Positions 19,624 to 28,748 of a stretch of 64,000 nt of DNA are shown here, piece after piece. Positions within the stretch are counted from its first letter, which is position 1. Each line of letters opens with the position of its first letter. The stretch comes from Candidatus Latescibacterota bacterium (lineage in GTDB: Bacteria > Latescibacterota > UBA2968), in contig OZ242311.1 of assembly GCA_965207885.1 (NCBI GenBank), forward strand, positions 3,872,001-3,936,000, given 5' to 3'. The notes below the pieces were generated by a model. The model was not told the DNA's origin, did no database searches, and saw nothing but the letters and a program-made list of their open reading frames with translations. A program made the translations under genes and the position numbers.

Positions 19624-20283
19624 CTAAATCCTCCCGCTGACCCACTGAATACCCCGCATTAACACCGTCTGAAAATTTTCATCCTTCCACGTCTGATTGT
19701 CGTGCCCACTCTGAAGGCAAAACACCCGCGTACCATTGTATTGTCGCGTCCAGCCAATCGACTTCATACACGCCGGATGATCTGTCGTCAACAGCAAATG
19801 GCTATCCGAATCCGGTTCGCCCATCACATAAGTCTCATCGATCATCTCCCAATCGGATATCCCTCGCGTAATCGGATGATCCCCATCCTCTACCGCAATC
19901 CGCATCACCTCATCGTGGCTGAACGACTCAAACGACCCCGCGACAACACCGGCCATCTGCACCCAGGGATCCCAATTTGGAAATGCCAAAATCGCGTGGT
20001 GCAACAACACAACACCCTTACCCGTCGCCAGCCAGGACTCCAGCGCGCTTAGAGGTCGTCCCATCCACCCGGGGCGGTTCTCATCTGTCGGACCTTCCTT
20101 GTGCATATTATAAAACACAACCACATCGTAGAAATCGCGCTCCTCTGCTCGTGGCGATGCAAAATCCTCCAGAGACTGAATATAGGCATCCACGCCTTCC
20201 ATATTGCGAAACAACCCGTGAAAATTCGGCACATCGAAACGGTAGCCGCCGGTCACCACCGCAACCTTAATAGAATCGTCCAT
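19624..20283 (-). CDS. ThuA (trehalose utilisation)-like domain protein
   Basis: GKG.VLLHHA, HPITRG..D..M.DETY, W.R.Y...RVF..Q.GHD. Start ATG 20283 (GGAGG RBS). Confidence 0.8.
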   Translation of the reverse strand: MDDSIKVAVVTGGYRFDVPNFHGLFRNMEGVDAYIQSLEDFASPRAEERDFYDVVVFYNMHKEGPTDENRPGWMGRPLSALESWLATGKGVVLLHHAILAFPNWDPWVQMAGVVAGSFESFSHDEVMRIAVEDGDHPITRGISDWEMIDETYVMGEPDSDSHLLLTTDHPACMKSIGWTRQYNGTRVFCLQSGHDNQTWKDENFQTVLMRGIQWVSGRI

Positions 20284-20308
20284 AAATGTACCTCCCGTAA
20301 AATATAAC

Positions 20309-21751
20309 CTATCTCCCTCGATTTGTCTCCCAAACCGGCCTTTCCTGCCACGGCTCAAAATCTGGATTCTCCTCGGGAATTTTGGCTTCGATCTCCTCCT
20401 GCCACGCTTTCAGAAGCGCGTGCAATCGATCTCGCACACCGGGCAATTCATCTGCCAGATCATTCTCCTCGCCAATATCCTCTCGCAAATTGTACAACTC
20501 GACATGCCCGGATTCAAAAAACTCGATCAGCTTATAATCCCCCGCTCGAACCGAAGACCCAGGTGTCCCTCCCTGATTGCCATAATGCGGAAAATGCCAG
20601 AAAATCGCATCGCGCGCCAGATCGTCCCCCCTCAACAAAGGCGCGATACTCACGCCATCGCAATGCTGATCGGGAATCAAATCCAGACCCGCCATTTCCA
20701 GTATCGTCGGATAATAATCTGTACTCGTCACCGGAACATCACAAACAGACCCCGCCTGTGTCACACCGGGCCATTTGACAATCAGCGGCTCTCGCGTTCC
20801 GCCTTCATACATCCAGCCCTTGCCCTCGGCGAGCGGCGCATTGCACGTTGGCGAACCTTCACTCGTCGCCAACCCACCATTATCTGAGGTAAACATAATC
20901 GCGGTATTATCGGCAATACCCGCTACTTCCAGCGCGTCTAAAATGCGCCCCACACTCTCATCCATGCTCTCGATCATCGCGGCATACACCGGATCGGACT
21001 GCACCGTCCGCCGCGTAATGCGCCTATCCTTCTTGTGTTCCCCCGGGAAAAAATCACCCTCTTCAAACGGCTCAATTTTATCCAGACCCATCTTCTTTGC
21101 CTTCTCTTCGTACTTCTCAATCTTTTCCTGCTTCGCCTGAATAGGCGTATGCACCGTATAATACCACAAATTCAGAAAAAATGGGCGATCATCGCGGTTC
21201 TCGATCAAATCTACGACGCGATCCGTCAAATAATCCGTCAAATACGTGCCATCTGGAACATCCACATCGTCCAGCACCGGAATCGTCCAGGGACTAAAAT
21301 AACCCCCGCGCCCGGGAGACCCATGTTCGCATCCGCCCACATTCACCTCAAACCCGTGTTCATCGGGATAAAACCCAGGTCCCCCCAAATGCCATTTGCC
21401 AACATGCCAGGTCGCATATCCCCCGTCCTTCATCGCCTGTGCAACCGTGCGCTCTTCATGGGGCAAATACCTGAAATAGGGCACATCGATCAATTTACCG
21501 CGGTTGGGATGATTTCTCCCGCTCCAATCGATAAAATTCGTCACCCCAACCCGCGCGGGATATTTGCCACTCATCACACTCGCACGCGTTGGCGAACACA
21601 CCGGGCACGACGCGTACGCATCCGTAAACTTCATCCCCTCAGCGCACAACCGATCCAGATTGGGCGTCTCGTAAAATTCACTTCCGTAACACGTCGTATC
21701 TGCCCATCCGTAATCGTCCAGCAAAATAAAAATAATATTGGGTTTGCCCAT
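20309..21751 (-). CDS. Formylglycine-dependent sulfatase (S1 family)
   Basis: PNIIFILLDD.G, CSPTRAS signature, GKWHLG, TSDNG, YEGG.R.P. Confidence 0.95.
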   Translation of the reverse strand: MGKPNIIFILLDDYGWADTTCYGSEFYETPNLDRLCAEGMKFTDAYASCPVCSPTRASVMSGKYPARVGVTNFIDWSGRNHPNRGKLIDVPYFRYLPHEERTVAQAMKDGGYATWHVGKWHLGGPGFYPDEHGFEVNVGGCEHGSPGRGGYFSPWTIPVLDDVDVPDGTYLTDYLTDRVVDLIENRDDRPFFLNLWYYTVHTPIQAKQEKIEKYEEKAKKMGLDKIEPFEEGDFFPGEHKKDRRITRRTVQSDPVYAAMIESMDESVGRILDALEVAGIADNTAIMFTSDNGGLATSEGSPTCNAPLAEGKGWMYEGGTREPLIVKWPGVTQAGSVCDVPVTSTDYYPTILEMAGLDLIPDQHCDGVSIAPLLRGDDLARDAIFWHFPHYGNQGGTPGSSVRAGDYKLIEFFESGHVELYNLREDIGEENDLADELPGVRDRLHALLKAWQEEIEAKIPEENPDFEPWQERPVWETNRGR

Positions 21752-21756
21752 TTCCG

Positions 21757-22749
21757 TTAAATCTCCACATCCACACTCTTGCCAGAAGCACCCGACTCGC
21801 GTGCCGCGTGCAACACCTGCATCACCCGCAAACCGTGCTCCGCGGTAATAATCAGATCCTCACCCTCGCGCAAATGCCGCGCAATATTCGCGTGCAGATT
21901 TTCTCGCGGTACTGCATCGGTGCGCACTTCCTCAGAATCTTCACCGTAAACCGTCACCTCGCCACCGCCCCCACGTTCACACACAAGTGTGGCTTCCGTG
22001 CCCAGAACAACCCACTTATACGGCAAGGAATAAAAAGAAATATCCGCCTTGGCAGCACGCGCGCGCACCCCATTGTCAAACACCATCACAATATCGAACA
22101 AATCGTCTGAATCGCCCCACTTCGTATGCCGCACATCGGCAAATACCGATACCACCTTGTGACCCGACATCAAATCGATAATCTGCTCAATCCAGTGCGG
22201 ACCAAAATCCAGCAATGTTCCACCACCCGCCGCGGCTGTCACGCGCCATTGCTGATTGTAATCAGGCACGCCAAAACCCACTGCGGGACGCGCCCCCATG
22301 GTGCGATTCTCAAGCGAAACAATCTCGCCAACCGCGCCATCTAAAACCGCGTGCTTCACCAGACAATAATCGCGATCGTAATGCCGGTTGTGGTGCATCG
22401 TCAACACTACGCCATTATCTCTGGCAGCCTGCACCATTTCCTCGGCCTCTGGCCCGGTCAGTGACATCGGCTTTTCAATCAGCATGTGCTTCTTCGCCGC
22501 CGCCACCTTGAGCGCATCCGCATAATGCGCCGCCGAATGCGTCGCGATCAAAACCAGTTCGATATCCCAACCGAGAAAATCATCGAGATCACCGGTCGCG
22601 CGCAGGCCCTCGCCAACCGCCTCTTCCCGCCTGGATTCCGTAATATCGCACACACCCACCACATCGTACAACCCCGTCTCGCGCATCGTTCTCAGATGAC
22701 CACCAGCCACCCGCCCAAAACCGATAATACCCGCCTTGATCTTTTCCAT
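21757..22749 (-). CDS. Gfo/Idh/MocA family oxidoreductase
   Basis: GIIGFG, IEKPM, HHNR, GGG.LLDFGPH. Confidence 0.9.
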   Translation of the reverse strand: MEKIKAGIIGFGRVAGGHLRTMRETGLYDVVGVCDITESRREEAVGEGLRATGDLDDFLGWDIELVLIATHSAAHYADALKVAAAKKHMLIEKPMSLTGPEAEEMVQAARDNGVVLTMHHNRHYDRDYCLVKHAVLDGAVGEIVSLENRTMGARPAVGFGVPDYNQQWRVTAAAGGGTLLDFGPHWIEQIIDLMSGHKVVSVFADVRHTKWGDSDDLFDIVMVFDNGVRARAAKADISFYSLPYKWVVLGTEATLVCERGGGGEVTVYGEDSEEVRTDAVPRENLHANIARHLREGEDLIITAEHGLRVMQVLHAARESGASGKSVDVEI

Positions 22750-22838
22750 TTATTCTTCCTCATCATCTCCGTATTCTTCACTGCAATAAGCCGCACACAA
22801 TTCGGCGATATTGGTCGCCTTCTCAACGCGCGCCTGAA
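22730..22838. repeat. 109-bp direct repeat, copy 1 (rraA 3' end / gfo 5' start junction)
   Basis: Matches 23961-24069 with about 10 mismatches counted by eye. Confidence 0.9.
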
Positions 22839-22852
22839 CTGTCTCGTTGGAT

Positions 22853-23956
22853 TCATTCGGCCCCGATCCACGCGGAACCGTAGTCGTTATCAAGCTCACG
22901 ATACATGCTTTGAGCATGATCTATGGTGCCTTCGCCGTTTTGAACCGCGTATTCGATTACCATGGACGGGCTGGTCACGCGGAAATACGCGGCACCCAGG
23001 ACACCCTGCCGCCCCCACCATCCAAAGTATGTGTCCTCGATCTCGGCCACCACGGTTTTCATTTTCTCAGCATAGTCGTCATTGTTCATGAGACCCAAAC
23101 GGGCCTCAATTACATCCAGGAGTAACGTTCTCTGCATAGCTGTAAGTTCGCTTCCCTTAATGCCTTCCGGCGCAACTGTTGCACCATACTTTCCTGGCCC
23201 CAGCAAGAGGTCAGTGGGCTGATCTGCACGAACGGCTTGTCCTTTCTGTTCGTCCGTAAGGCTATCCATGAACGCTTGCGCTGCCGCAGTTTCCCTCTGC
23301 GTAATGAAGATTTCGTCACCGTCAAGGCGCAAGTGCAGCGGTTGGCCGCCAGTCAGCATCGGTGAAAAGGAAACGTTCGGTCCGAATACTGTGGCGTTTA
23401 TTGCGAGATGGTGCCCGCCGAACTGGAACATCCAGGGCTCTGTACTTGACGGTTCACCGAGAAATGCAGCGTAAAAGTACTTACTGCCGTATTTCATGAC
23501 GCCGAACAGGTCTCCTGAGATCAGTAAGTCTGCTGCAGCCAGTTGATAAGTGATATTTTTCACACCGTCTTCACTCAAGAGTTCATCAAGGAGCTTATCG
23601 AGATTCGCCCGCTGTATTGCAGAGAGAACACCGAGCTTTACACCACCACGCGGAACCATACCCTCAGGAAAGTTGGACCAATTTGAACGCTGTGCGTTAT
23701 CGGTAAACCGATATGTCGCCGCTTGTCTCTGATTGTCGTCCAGTGAGTCCAGAAAGAGCCTTGCAGCCGCCACGATGGCCACGGTCTTCTCGTCGGCAAC
23801 AGGCAGGTCGTGAGCGTGCTTGAGATTGATCTCTACTGGTACGGGAACCGCTCCAAAAAAGACCCGAGCTACAATATCGGGATGAAAAAACAGATAGACG
23901 AAAACTGCGGCAACGACAATCACTGTACCGAGAAGGTAGATCAACACACGTCTCAT
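22853..23956 (-). CDS. DUF3500 domain protein with N-terminal membrane anchor
   Basis: AA..FL.SL...QR, WSNFP, Y.AFLGEPS...PW..QFGGHHLAIN.T, H..S.YR...NDYG. Confidence 0.8.
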   Translation of the reverse strand: MRRVLIYLLGTVIVVAAVFVYLFFHPDIVARVFFGAVPVPVEINLKHAHDLPVADEKTVAIVAAARLFLDSLDDNQRQAATYRFTDNAQRSNWSNFPEGMVPRGGVKLGVLSAIQRANLDKLLDELLSEDGVKNITYQLAAADLLISGDLFGVMKYGSKYFYAAFLGEPSSTEPWMFQFGGHHLAINATVFGPNVSFSPMLTGGQPLHLRLDGDEIFITQRETAAAQAFMDSLTDEQKGQAVRADQPTDLLLGPGKYGATVAPEGIKGSELTAMQRTLLLDVIEARLGLMNNDDYAEKMKTVVAEIEDTYFGWWGRQGVLGAAYFRVTSPSMVIEYAVQNGEGTIDHAQSMYRELDNDYGSAWIGAE

Positions 23957-23960
23957 GGAT

Positions 23961-24069
23961 CCCGCCTTGATCTTTTCCTTTTATTCTTCCTCATCATCTC
24001 CGTATTCTTCACCGCGATAAGCCGCGCGCAACTCAGCGATATTGGTCGCCTTCTTAACGCGCTCTTGAA
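23961..24069. repeat. 109-bp direct repeat, copy 2
   Basis: Matches 22730-22838; the gfo ATG is mutated to AAG in this copy. Confidence 0.9.
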
Positions 24070-24706
24070 GCGCCTCTTCCCCTGCGATCAGTTCCTTCAC
24101 ATTCGCCAGCACCTCCGCCATCCGATCTGCGGGAAACTTAACCGCGCCATTTTCATCCATGTGAATAATCTCGCCAGGCGCAACATCCATCCCGCAAATC
24201 GACACCGGCACATTCACCGCCTGCACAGCCTGATCGCCATGGCCGGGCGAAATACCCGTCAACAAATACTGAAATTCCATCGGACGGATTTCATCGATAT
24301 CTCTCGACGGCCCATTTGACACGCACCCCACGCACCCCAGCGCTTTCATCGTCGTCGTCATATTGCCGCCCGCAAGCCCCACCTTACCCGCAATCTCCGG
24401 CGGAAACTTCTGCTCCAGCGCCAGTATTGTCGGCTTTGGCGACGCATCCAGTGCCTCGGACACATCCATAAACGACAACCGGCTAAATCCCGCATCCGGC
24501 AACCCAAAAGTACACGTCACAGCATACCCACACCGCGCGCCGAGTTCTGGATACATACACTTAATCGTCTGATCCGTGTACCAGTTCTCAACCCACGGAT
24601 TATAAAGCCCCAAACACAACGGATTACTCGGATACGTCGCCACCACATTTGTAATAGACGGCGTATCGAAATTCTCCAGTTCCTTCAAAATCTCCTGCTC
24701 TGTCAT
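23981..24706 (-). CDS. RraA/HMG-aldolase family protein
   Basis: FDTP.I.N, GYAVT, GG.M....KALGC.G.V.NG..RD.DE, V.PG.IIH.DENG. Confidence 0.85.
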   Translation of the reverse strand: MTEQEILKELENFDTPSITNVVATYPSNPLCLGLYNPWVENWYTDQTIKCMYPELGARCGYAVTCTFGLPDAGFSRLSFMDVSEALDASPKPTILALEQKFPPEIAGKVGLAGGNMTTTMKALGCVGCVSNGPSRDIDEIRPMEFQYLLTGISPGHGDQAVQAVNVPVSICGMDVAPGEIIHMDENGAVKFPADRMAEVLANVKELIAGEEALQERVKKATNIAELRAAYRGEEYGDDEEE

Positions 24707-24746
24707 GGTAATCTCCTTAAAAGGCGGTCAGTCCACCCAGCTCATC

Positions 24747-24772
24747 GGGCGACCACAGGGGGTCGCCCCTAC
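24747..24772 (-). repeat. GTAG-type REP-like palindrome
   Basis: Minus strand reads GTAG-GGGCGACC-ccctgt-GGTCGCCC; intergenic. Confidence 0.65.
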
Positions 24773-24787
24773 AGACCAATTCACTTC

Positions 24788-25753
24788 TCACTTCCCCACC
24801 TTCACCACATGTTCCTGATCCCAATCCTGGATCAACGGCTCCAGATCATCCCAAAACGCTTCGGGAATTTTAATACTACCAGCTTCGGCATTTTGAATGG
24901 TCTCCGCTTTGTTTCGCCCCCCGCAAATCGCCGTTGCAATCAACGGATGCCTTGTACACCACTGCAGCGAGGCAGCCACCAGTGGAATGCCATAATCGTC
25001 GCAAAGTGCTTTTATCCTCCCAACGCGGCCCAAAACAGCCTGACTAAAATTGCGATTCACATAAGAATGCCCGGGCAAGGGTCCCGTCGCCAACAAACCG
25101 CGTTCCAGAGGCGTAGCAAGCGCAATCCCCACATTGTGTTTTTCAGCACCGGGAAAAATGAGTGTATCCGCCGTACGGTTCAACAAACTCCACGCATCGG
25201 GAACCACCGAAGCATCAAACTCACCCGTATCAATATAGGGACCATTTGAATCGGGATCATTCGCCGCAATACCTACAAAACGCACCACACCCTCATCCTG
25301 CAATTTGCGCAACGCACCAAGCGCGCCATCTTTTGCCATCACCTGCTGCATGGGAAAATCCATCGGATCGTGAATGTACAGCACGTCAAATGCATCCAGC
25401 CCCAACCGCTCTTGACTGTCTTCCACCTGCTGCATCACCCCGTCGAAAGAGAAATCGTATTCATTTCCCGATCTTCCCACTTTTGTCGTCACCGTACACT
25501 TTTCAGCCAGATCGGGGCGTTCGCGCAACGCGCGACCGATAATTTTCTCGCTCACAGTATTCCCATAAAGCGGTGCTGTATCGACCAGCGTACACCCGGC
25601 CTCAATAGCAGCCACCACATTCTCTACGCCCACATCTTCATCGACACCCGGCAAAAAATGACCATCTGCCCCCATCGTGCGAGCGAGAAATGCCGTGCCA
25701 AAACTGACGATTGGAACTTCCAACCCCGTTCTACCCAATATCTTACTCTGCAT
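24788..25753 (-). CDS. Aldo/keto reductase
   Basis: LGRTGL.V....FG, DTAPLYG..SE..IG, TKVG, S..RLG....D.L.IHD. Start ATG 25753. Confidence 0.9.
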   Translation of the reverse strand: MQSKILGRTGLEVPIVSFGTAFLARTMGADGHFLPGVDEDVGVENVVAAIEAGCTLVDTAPLYGNTVSEKIIGRALRERPDLAEKCTVTTKVGRSGNEYDFSFDGVMQQVEDSQERLGLDAFDVLYIHDPMDFPMQQVMAKDGALGALRKLQDEGVVRFVGIAANDPDSNGPYIDTGEFDASVVPDAWSLLNRTADTLIFPGAEKHNVGIALATPLERGLLATGPLPGHSYVNRNFSQAVLGRVGRIKALCDDYGIPLVAASLQWCTRHPLIATAICGGRNKAETIQNAEAGSIKIPEAFWDDLEPLIQDWDQEHVVKVGK

Positions 25754-25769
25754 CGCAAATCTCCCCAAG

Positions 25770-25819
25770 CGAATCAACGAATCAACGAATAGACGAATAG
25801 ACGAATCAGCGAATAGACG
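25770..25819. repeat. 8-bp tandem repeat (CGAATCAA/CGAATAGA, about 6 units)
   Basis: cgaatcaa cgaatcaa cgaataga cgaataga cgaatcag cgaataga in the AKR leader. Confidence 0.85.
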
Positions 25820-26096
25820 GAGCAATGTACAACTGACCGCCTCACGCATAACGTCAGATTCTCAGAGAACGCTCACGCATAATAGACGACAGAACCCTGC
25901 GTGTCAATGCGAAAAAATCCCCTGCTCTATGTCATAAGTGATGTTACACAACTTTAGGCAGATTTGCGTTGTTTGTCGAAAGTGTTGGTGATGATTCCAC
26001 TTTTTCTCTTTGTTCTGCCTTCGGCGTAGAGTCGAAGTGATAAAGACGGGTGTCATTGCGGCATGGTTTTGAGCCGCAATCCAGTCTATAAAAATA

Positions 26097-26142
26097 TTGA
26101 CAAACTATTCTCATTCTGTTATACTTGTCATTATTATGACAA
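26097..26142 (+). promoter_or_regulatory. Near-consensus sigma70 promoter (TTGACA-17-TATACT) with palindromic operator TTGTCAT-N4-ATGACAA over the hsdM start codon
   Basis: -35 at 26097-26102, -10 at 26120-26125, perfect 7-bp inverted repeat 26125-26142, ATG at 26136 with no Shine-Dalgarno. Confidence 0.75.
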
Positions 26143-27971
26143 ACATAATAGAAATACAAAACATTTCGGCTGTTTTGCGCGCCATTCGCGCCCATCTTGA
26201 TCTTACACAAGAGCAACTCGCGGATCGACTTGGCGTTGCCTTCGCCACCGTCAACCGCTGGGAAGGTGGCGTAACTAAGCCTCAGAAGGCAGCGCGAGAG
26301 GCCATCGTCGCACTCGCAGACGAGGCGGGAATCGACATGGCGGAAGTTGCCGCAGAACCAGTCGAAGCCGCAGCGCAAGTGACAAGACGACGGCGCGTTT
26401 CCAAAGCTCCTTCGACGAAGACCATGGAGCAAATGTTGTGGGACGCGGCCTGCTCCATCCGAGGTGAAAAGGACGCGGCCAGGTTCAAGGATTATCTACT
26501 CCCCCTCCTCTTTCTCAAACGCCTATCCGATGTCTTTGACGACGAGATCGAGCGTCTCGCAGAGGAATACGGCGACCGAGAGACCGCCCTGGAAATTTCC
26601 GAACTGGACCACGGACTATTGCGCTTTTATCTCCCACCCGAGGCACGATGGGCTGTCATAAATGGACGCGAGGATTATAAATGGCCTGAAAACCAGGGGC
26701 GAAGCACACGCCCGAAGGATATTGGTGAGCATCTGACAAGATCTGTCCGCACCATAGTGCGACATAACCCCTCGCTCTCTGGTGTCATTGACCTCGTAGA
26801 TTTCGCCGCCGAGCGCGATGGACAGCGCGACATTAACGCAAAAAAACTCATCGAGGTTGTCGAAACCTTCTCCGATCCACGCTACCGCCTGGGGCTTGCT
26901 GACGTTCAGCCCGATTTTCTTGGCCGCGCCTACGAGTTCCTCCTGCGAAAATTTGCCGAAGGCTCCGGCCAGAGCGCGGGTGAATTTTTCACCCCAACCG
27001 AAGTCGGCCTTCTAATGGCCCACATCATGCGTCCAAGACCAGGCGAGGAATGCCACGACTATGCCTGCGGTTCAGCCGGTCTGCTCGTAAAACTCCAACT
27101 CGTCGCCCGCGAACTCGACCCTACAAGTCGCGTGCCGCTCAAACTCTATGGACAGGAACTACAGGCCGAAAGCTACGCGGTCGCCAAAATGAACGCGATC
27201 ATCCACGACATGGAAGCCGAAATCGAGCGCGGCGATACAATGATCAATCCGAAGTTCAAAACCGCAGACAGCAAAATCCGCACTTACGATATCGTCGTCG
27301 CCAATCCAATGTGGAATCAGCCGTTCAACCCGGACATCTTCGCCGACGACCCCTTCGACCGATTCCGCACCCAGGGCGGCGTTACCACTGGCAAAGGCGA
27401 CTGGCCCTGGCTACAACACACCCTCACCTGCCTGAACGAGCGCGGACGTGCGGCAGTGGTACTCGACACCGGCGCAGTGACGCGCGGATCTGGTTCCAGA
27501 AATGAGGACAGAGAACGCAACATCCGCAAGTGGTTTGTTGAGAACGACCTGATTGACGGCGTGATCCTGCTGCCGGACAACCTCTTCTACAACACCAGCG
27601 CCGCTGGCGTGATCATCGTCCTCTCAAAGCGCAAGCCTGCCTCACGAAAGAACAAAATCGTGCTCCTCAACGCCAGCCAGCGCGTGCGTAAGGGCCGTCC
27701 GAAAAACTATATCCCGGAAGAAGACCTGCGCCCACTCGCAGCCGCCTATATCAAAGGCGAACCAGTTGAAGGCGAGGTCGCAGTCATCACGCGGGAGCAA
27801 GTAGTGGAAGCAGACTACAACCTCAGCCCGAGCCGGTGGGCAGGGCAGACGGCCGCCTTTGACCACCGGCCTATCTCAGAGATTATTGCAGACTTGAACA
27901 AACTGAATGAAGAAGCCCGTGAGATTGACGGGCATTTGGCAGATATACTCGCACAATTGCAAGAAAAATGA
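26136..27971 (+). CDS. hsdM: Type I R-M methyltransferase subunit with N-terminal XRE-type HTH
   Basis: [29 protein letters not shown] (HTH_XRE); [42 protein letters not shown] (motif I), ANPMW (motif IV variant). Confidence 0.92.
   Translation: MTNIIEIQNISAVLRAIRAHLDLTQEQLADRLGVAFATVNRWEGGVTKPQKAAREAIVALADEAGIDMAEVAAEPVEAAAQVTRRRRVSKAPSTKTMEQMLWDAACSIRGEKDAARFKDYLLPLLFLKRLSDVFDDEIERLAEEYGDRETALEISELDHGLLRFYLPPEARWAVINGREDYKWPENQGRSTRPKDIGEHLTRSVRTIVRHNPSLSGVIDLVDFAAERDGQRDINAKKLIEVVETFSDPRYRLGLADVQPDFLGRAYEFLLRKFAEGSGQSAGEFFTPTEVGLLMAHIMRPRPGEECHDYACGSAGLLVKLQLVARELDPTSRVPLKLYGQELQAESYAVAKMNAIIHDMEAEIERGDTMINPKFKTADSKIRTYDIVVANPMWNQPFNPDIFADDPFDRFRTQGGVTTGKGDWPWLQHTLTCLNERGRAAVVLDTGAVTRGSGSRNEDRERNIRKWFVENDLIDGVILLPDNLFYNTSAAGVIIVLSKRKPASRKNKIVLLNASQRVRKGRPKNYIPEEDLRPLAAAYIKGEPVEGEVAVITREQVVEADYNLSPSRWAGQTAAFDHRPISEIIADLNKLNEEAREIDGHLADILAQLQEK
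27603..27839. repeat. About 237-bp direct repeat, copy 1 (hsdM 3' region)
   Basis: Matches 28359-28595 at offset 756. Confidence 0.9.
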
Positions 27972-27996
27972 ACCTCGAAAAAGAAAGGAGAAAAAC

Positions 27997-28368
27997 ATGG
28001 GCGCAACACACGTCACAGTCAGAATTACAAACCCGGCGGATCCGGACAGGTTTTGGGAAGGGCTTTTTCTGGTGGATACAGGAGCAACCGATTCCCTGGT
28101 GCCCAGACCTTACTTGGAAGCCATCGGCCTGAAGCCGAAGGGCAAGAGAGTATACGAACTTGCAGACGGCACTGACCTCGCCATCGATATCACCACGGCT
28201 GACCTCGAATTCATGGGTGAGATAGTCGGCGGGACGATCATCATGGGGGCGGAGAGCGCGGAGCCACTACTGGGCGTGACTGCGCTGGAATCCGTCGGTA
28301 TAGAAGTAGATCCGTTGAATCAGCAGTTGAAGAGGTTGCCAGCCGTACGGCTCAAGGGGCTGGTGTGA
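27997..28368 (+). CDS. Clan AA (retropepsin-like) aspartic protease, AF_0612-like
   Basis: LVDTGA catalytic motif, LADG, LLG.TALE..G..VDP; AGGAG RBS before ATG 27997. Confidence 0.85.
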   Translation: MGATHVTVRITNPADPDRFWEGLFLVDTGATDSLVPRPYLEAIGLKPKGKRVYELADGTDLAIDITTADLEFMGEIVGGTIIMGAESAEPLLGVTALESVGIEVDPLNQQLKRLPAVRLKGLV

Positions 28369-28748
28369 TCATCGTCCTCTCAAAGCGCAAGCTTGCCTCA
28401 CGAAAGAACAAAATCGTGCTCCTCAACGCCAGCCAGCGCGTGCGTAAGGGCCGTCCAAAAAACTATATTCCGGAAGAAGACTTGCGTCCACTCGCAGCAG
28501 CCTATCTCAAGGGCGAACCAGTCGAGGATGAGATCGCTGTCGTTACGCGGGAGCAAGTAGAAGAAGCAGATTACAACTTCAGTCCAAGCAGGTGGATTTT
28601 AGAAATAAAGAACAATGAAGTATCTTCCGTCAAGGAACTAATTGATCAACTCGCCACGCTATCAAAAGAGCAATTCCAGCATGATGAAAAACTATTTGCT
28701 CTCTTGAAGCCGCTAACTGATGGAACACTCAATGTCGCTACTGACTGA
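28365..28748 (+). pseudogene. Second, stand-alone HsdM C-terminal fragment with an alternative tail
   Basis: First about 77 aa nearly identical to the HsdM C-terminal region, then a different helical tail overlapping the hsdS start; no catalytic motifs. Confidence 0.75.

Noticed and set aside
25944-26090. Possible integrase C-terminal remnant or att site at the left island edge (TRLYHFD; hairpin 26055-26080)
   Set aside because: Too short; no R-H-R-H-Y motif set, no tRNA and no matching repeat at the right edge
27603-28595. Repeat pairs as a DGR template/variable repeat or an hsdS shufflon
   Set aside because: Mismatches are not adenine-specific; no reverse transcriptase or invertase; repeats are direct; only one hsdS
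28365-28748. Second active methyltransferase subunit (two-MTase type I system)
   Set aside because: Lacks motif I and motif IV; only the C-terminal region is present
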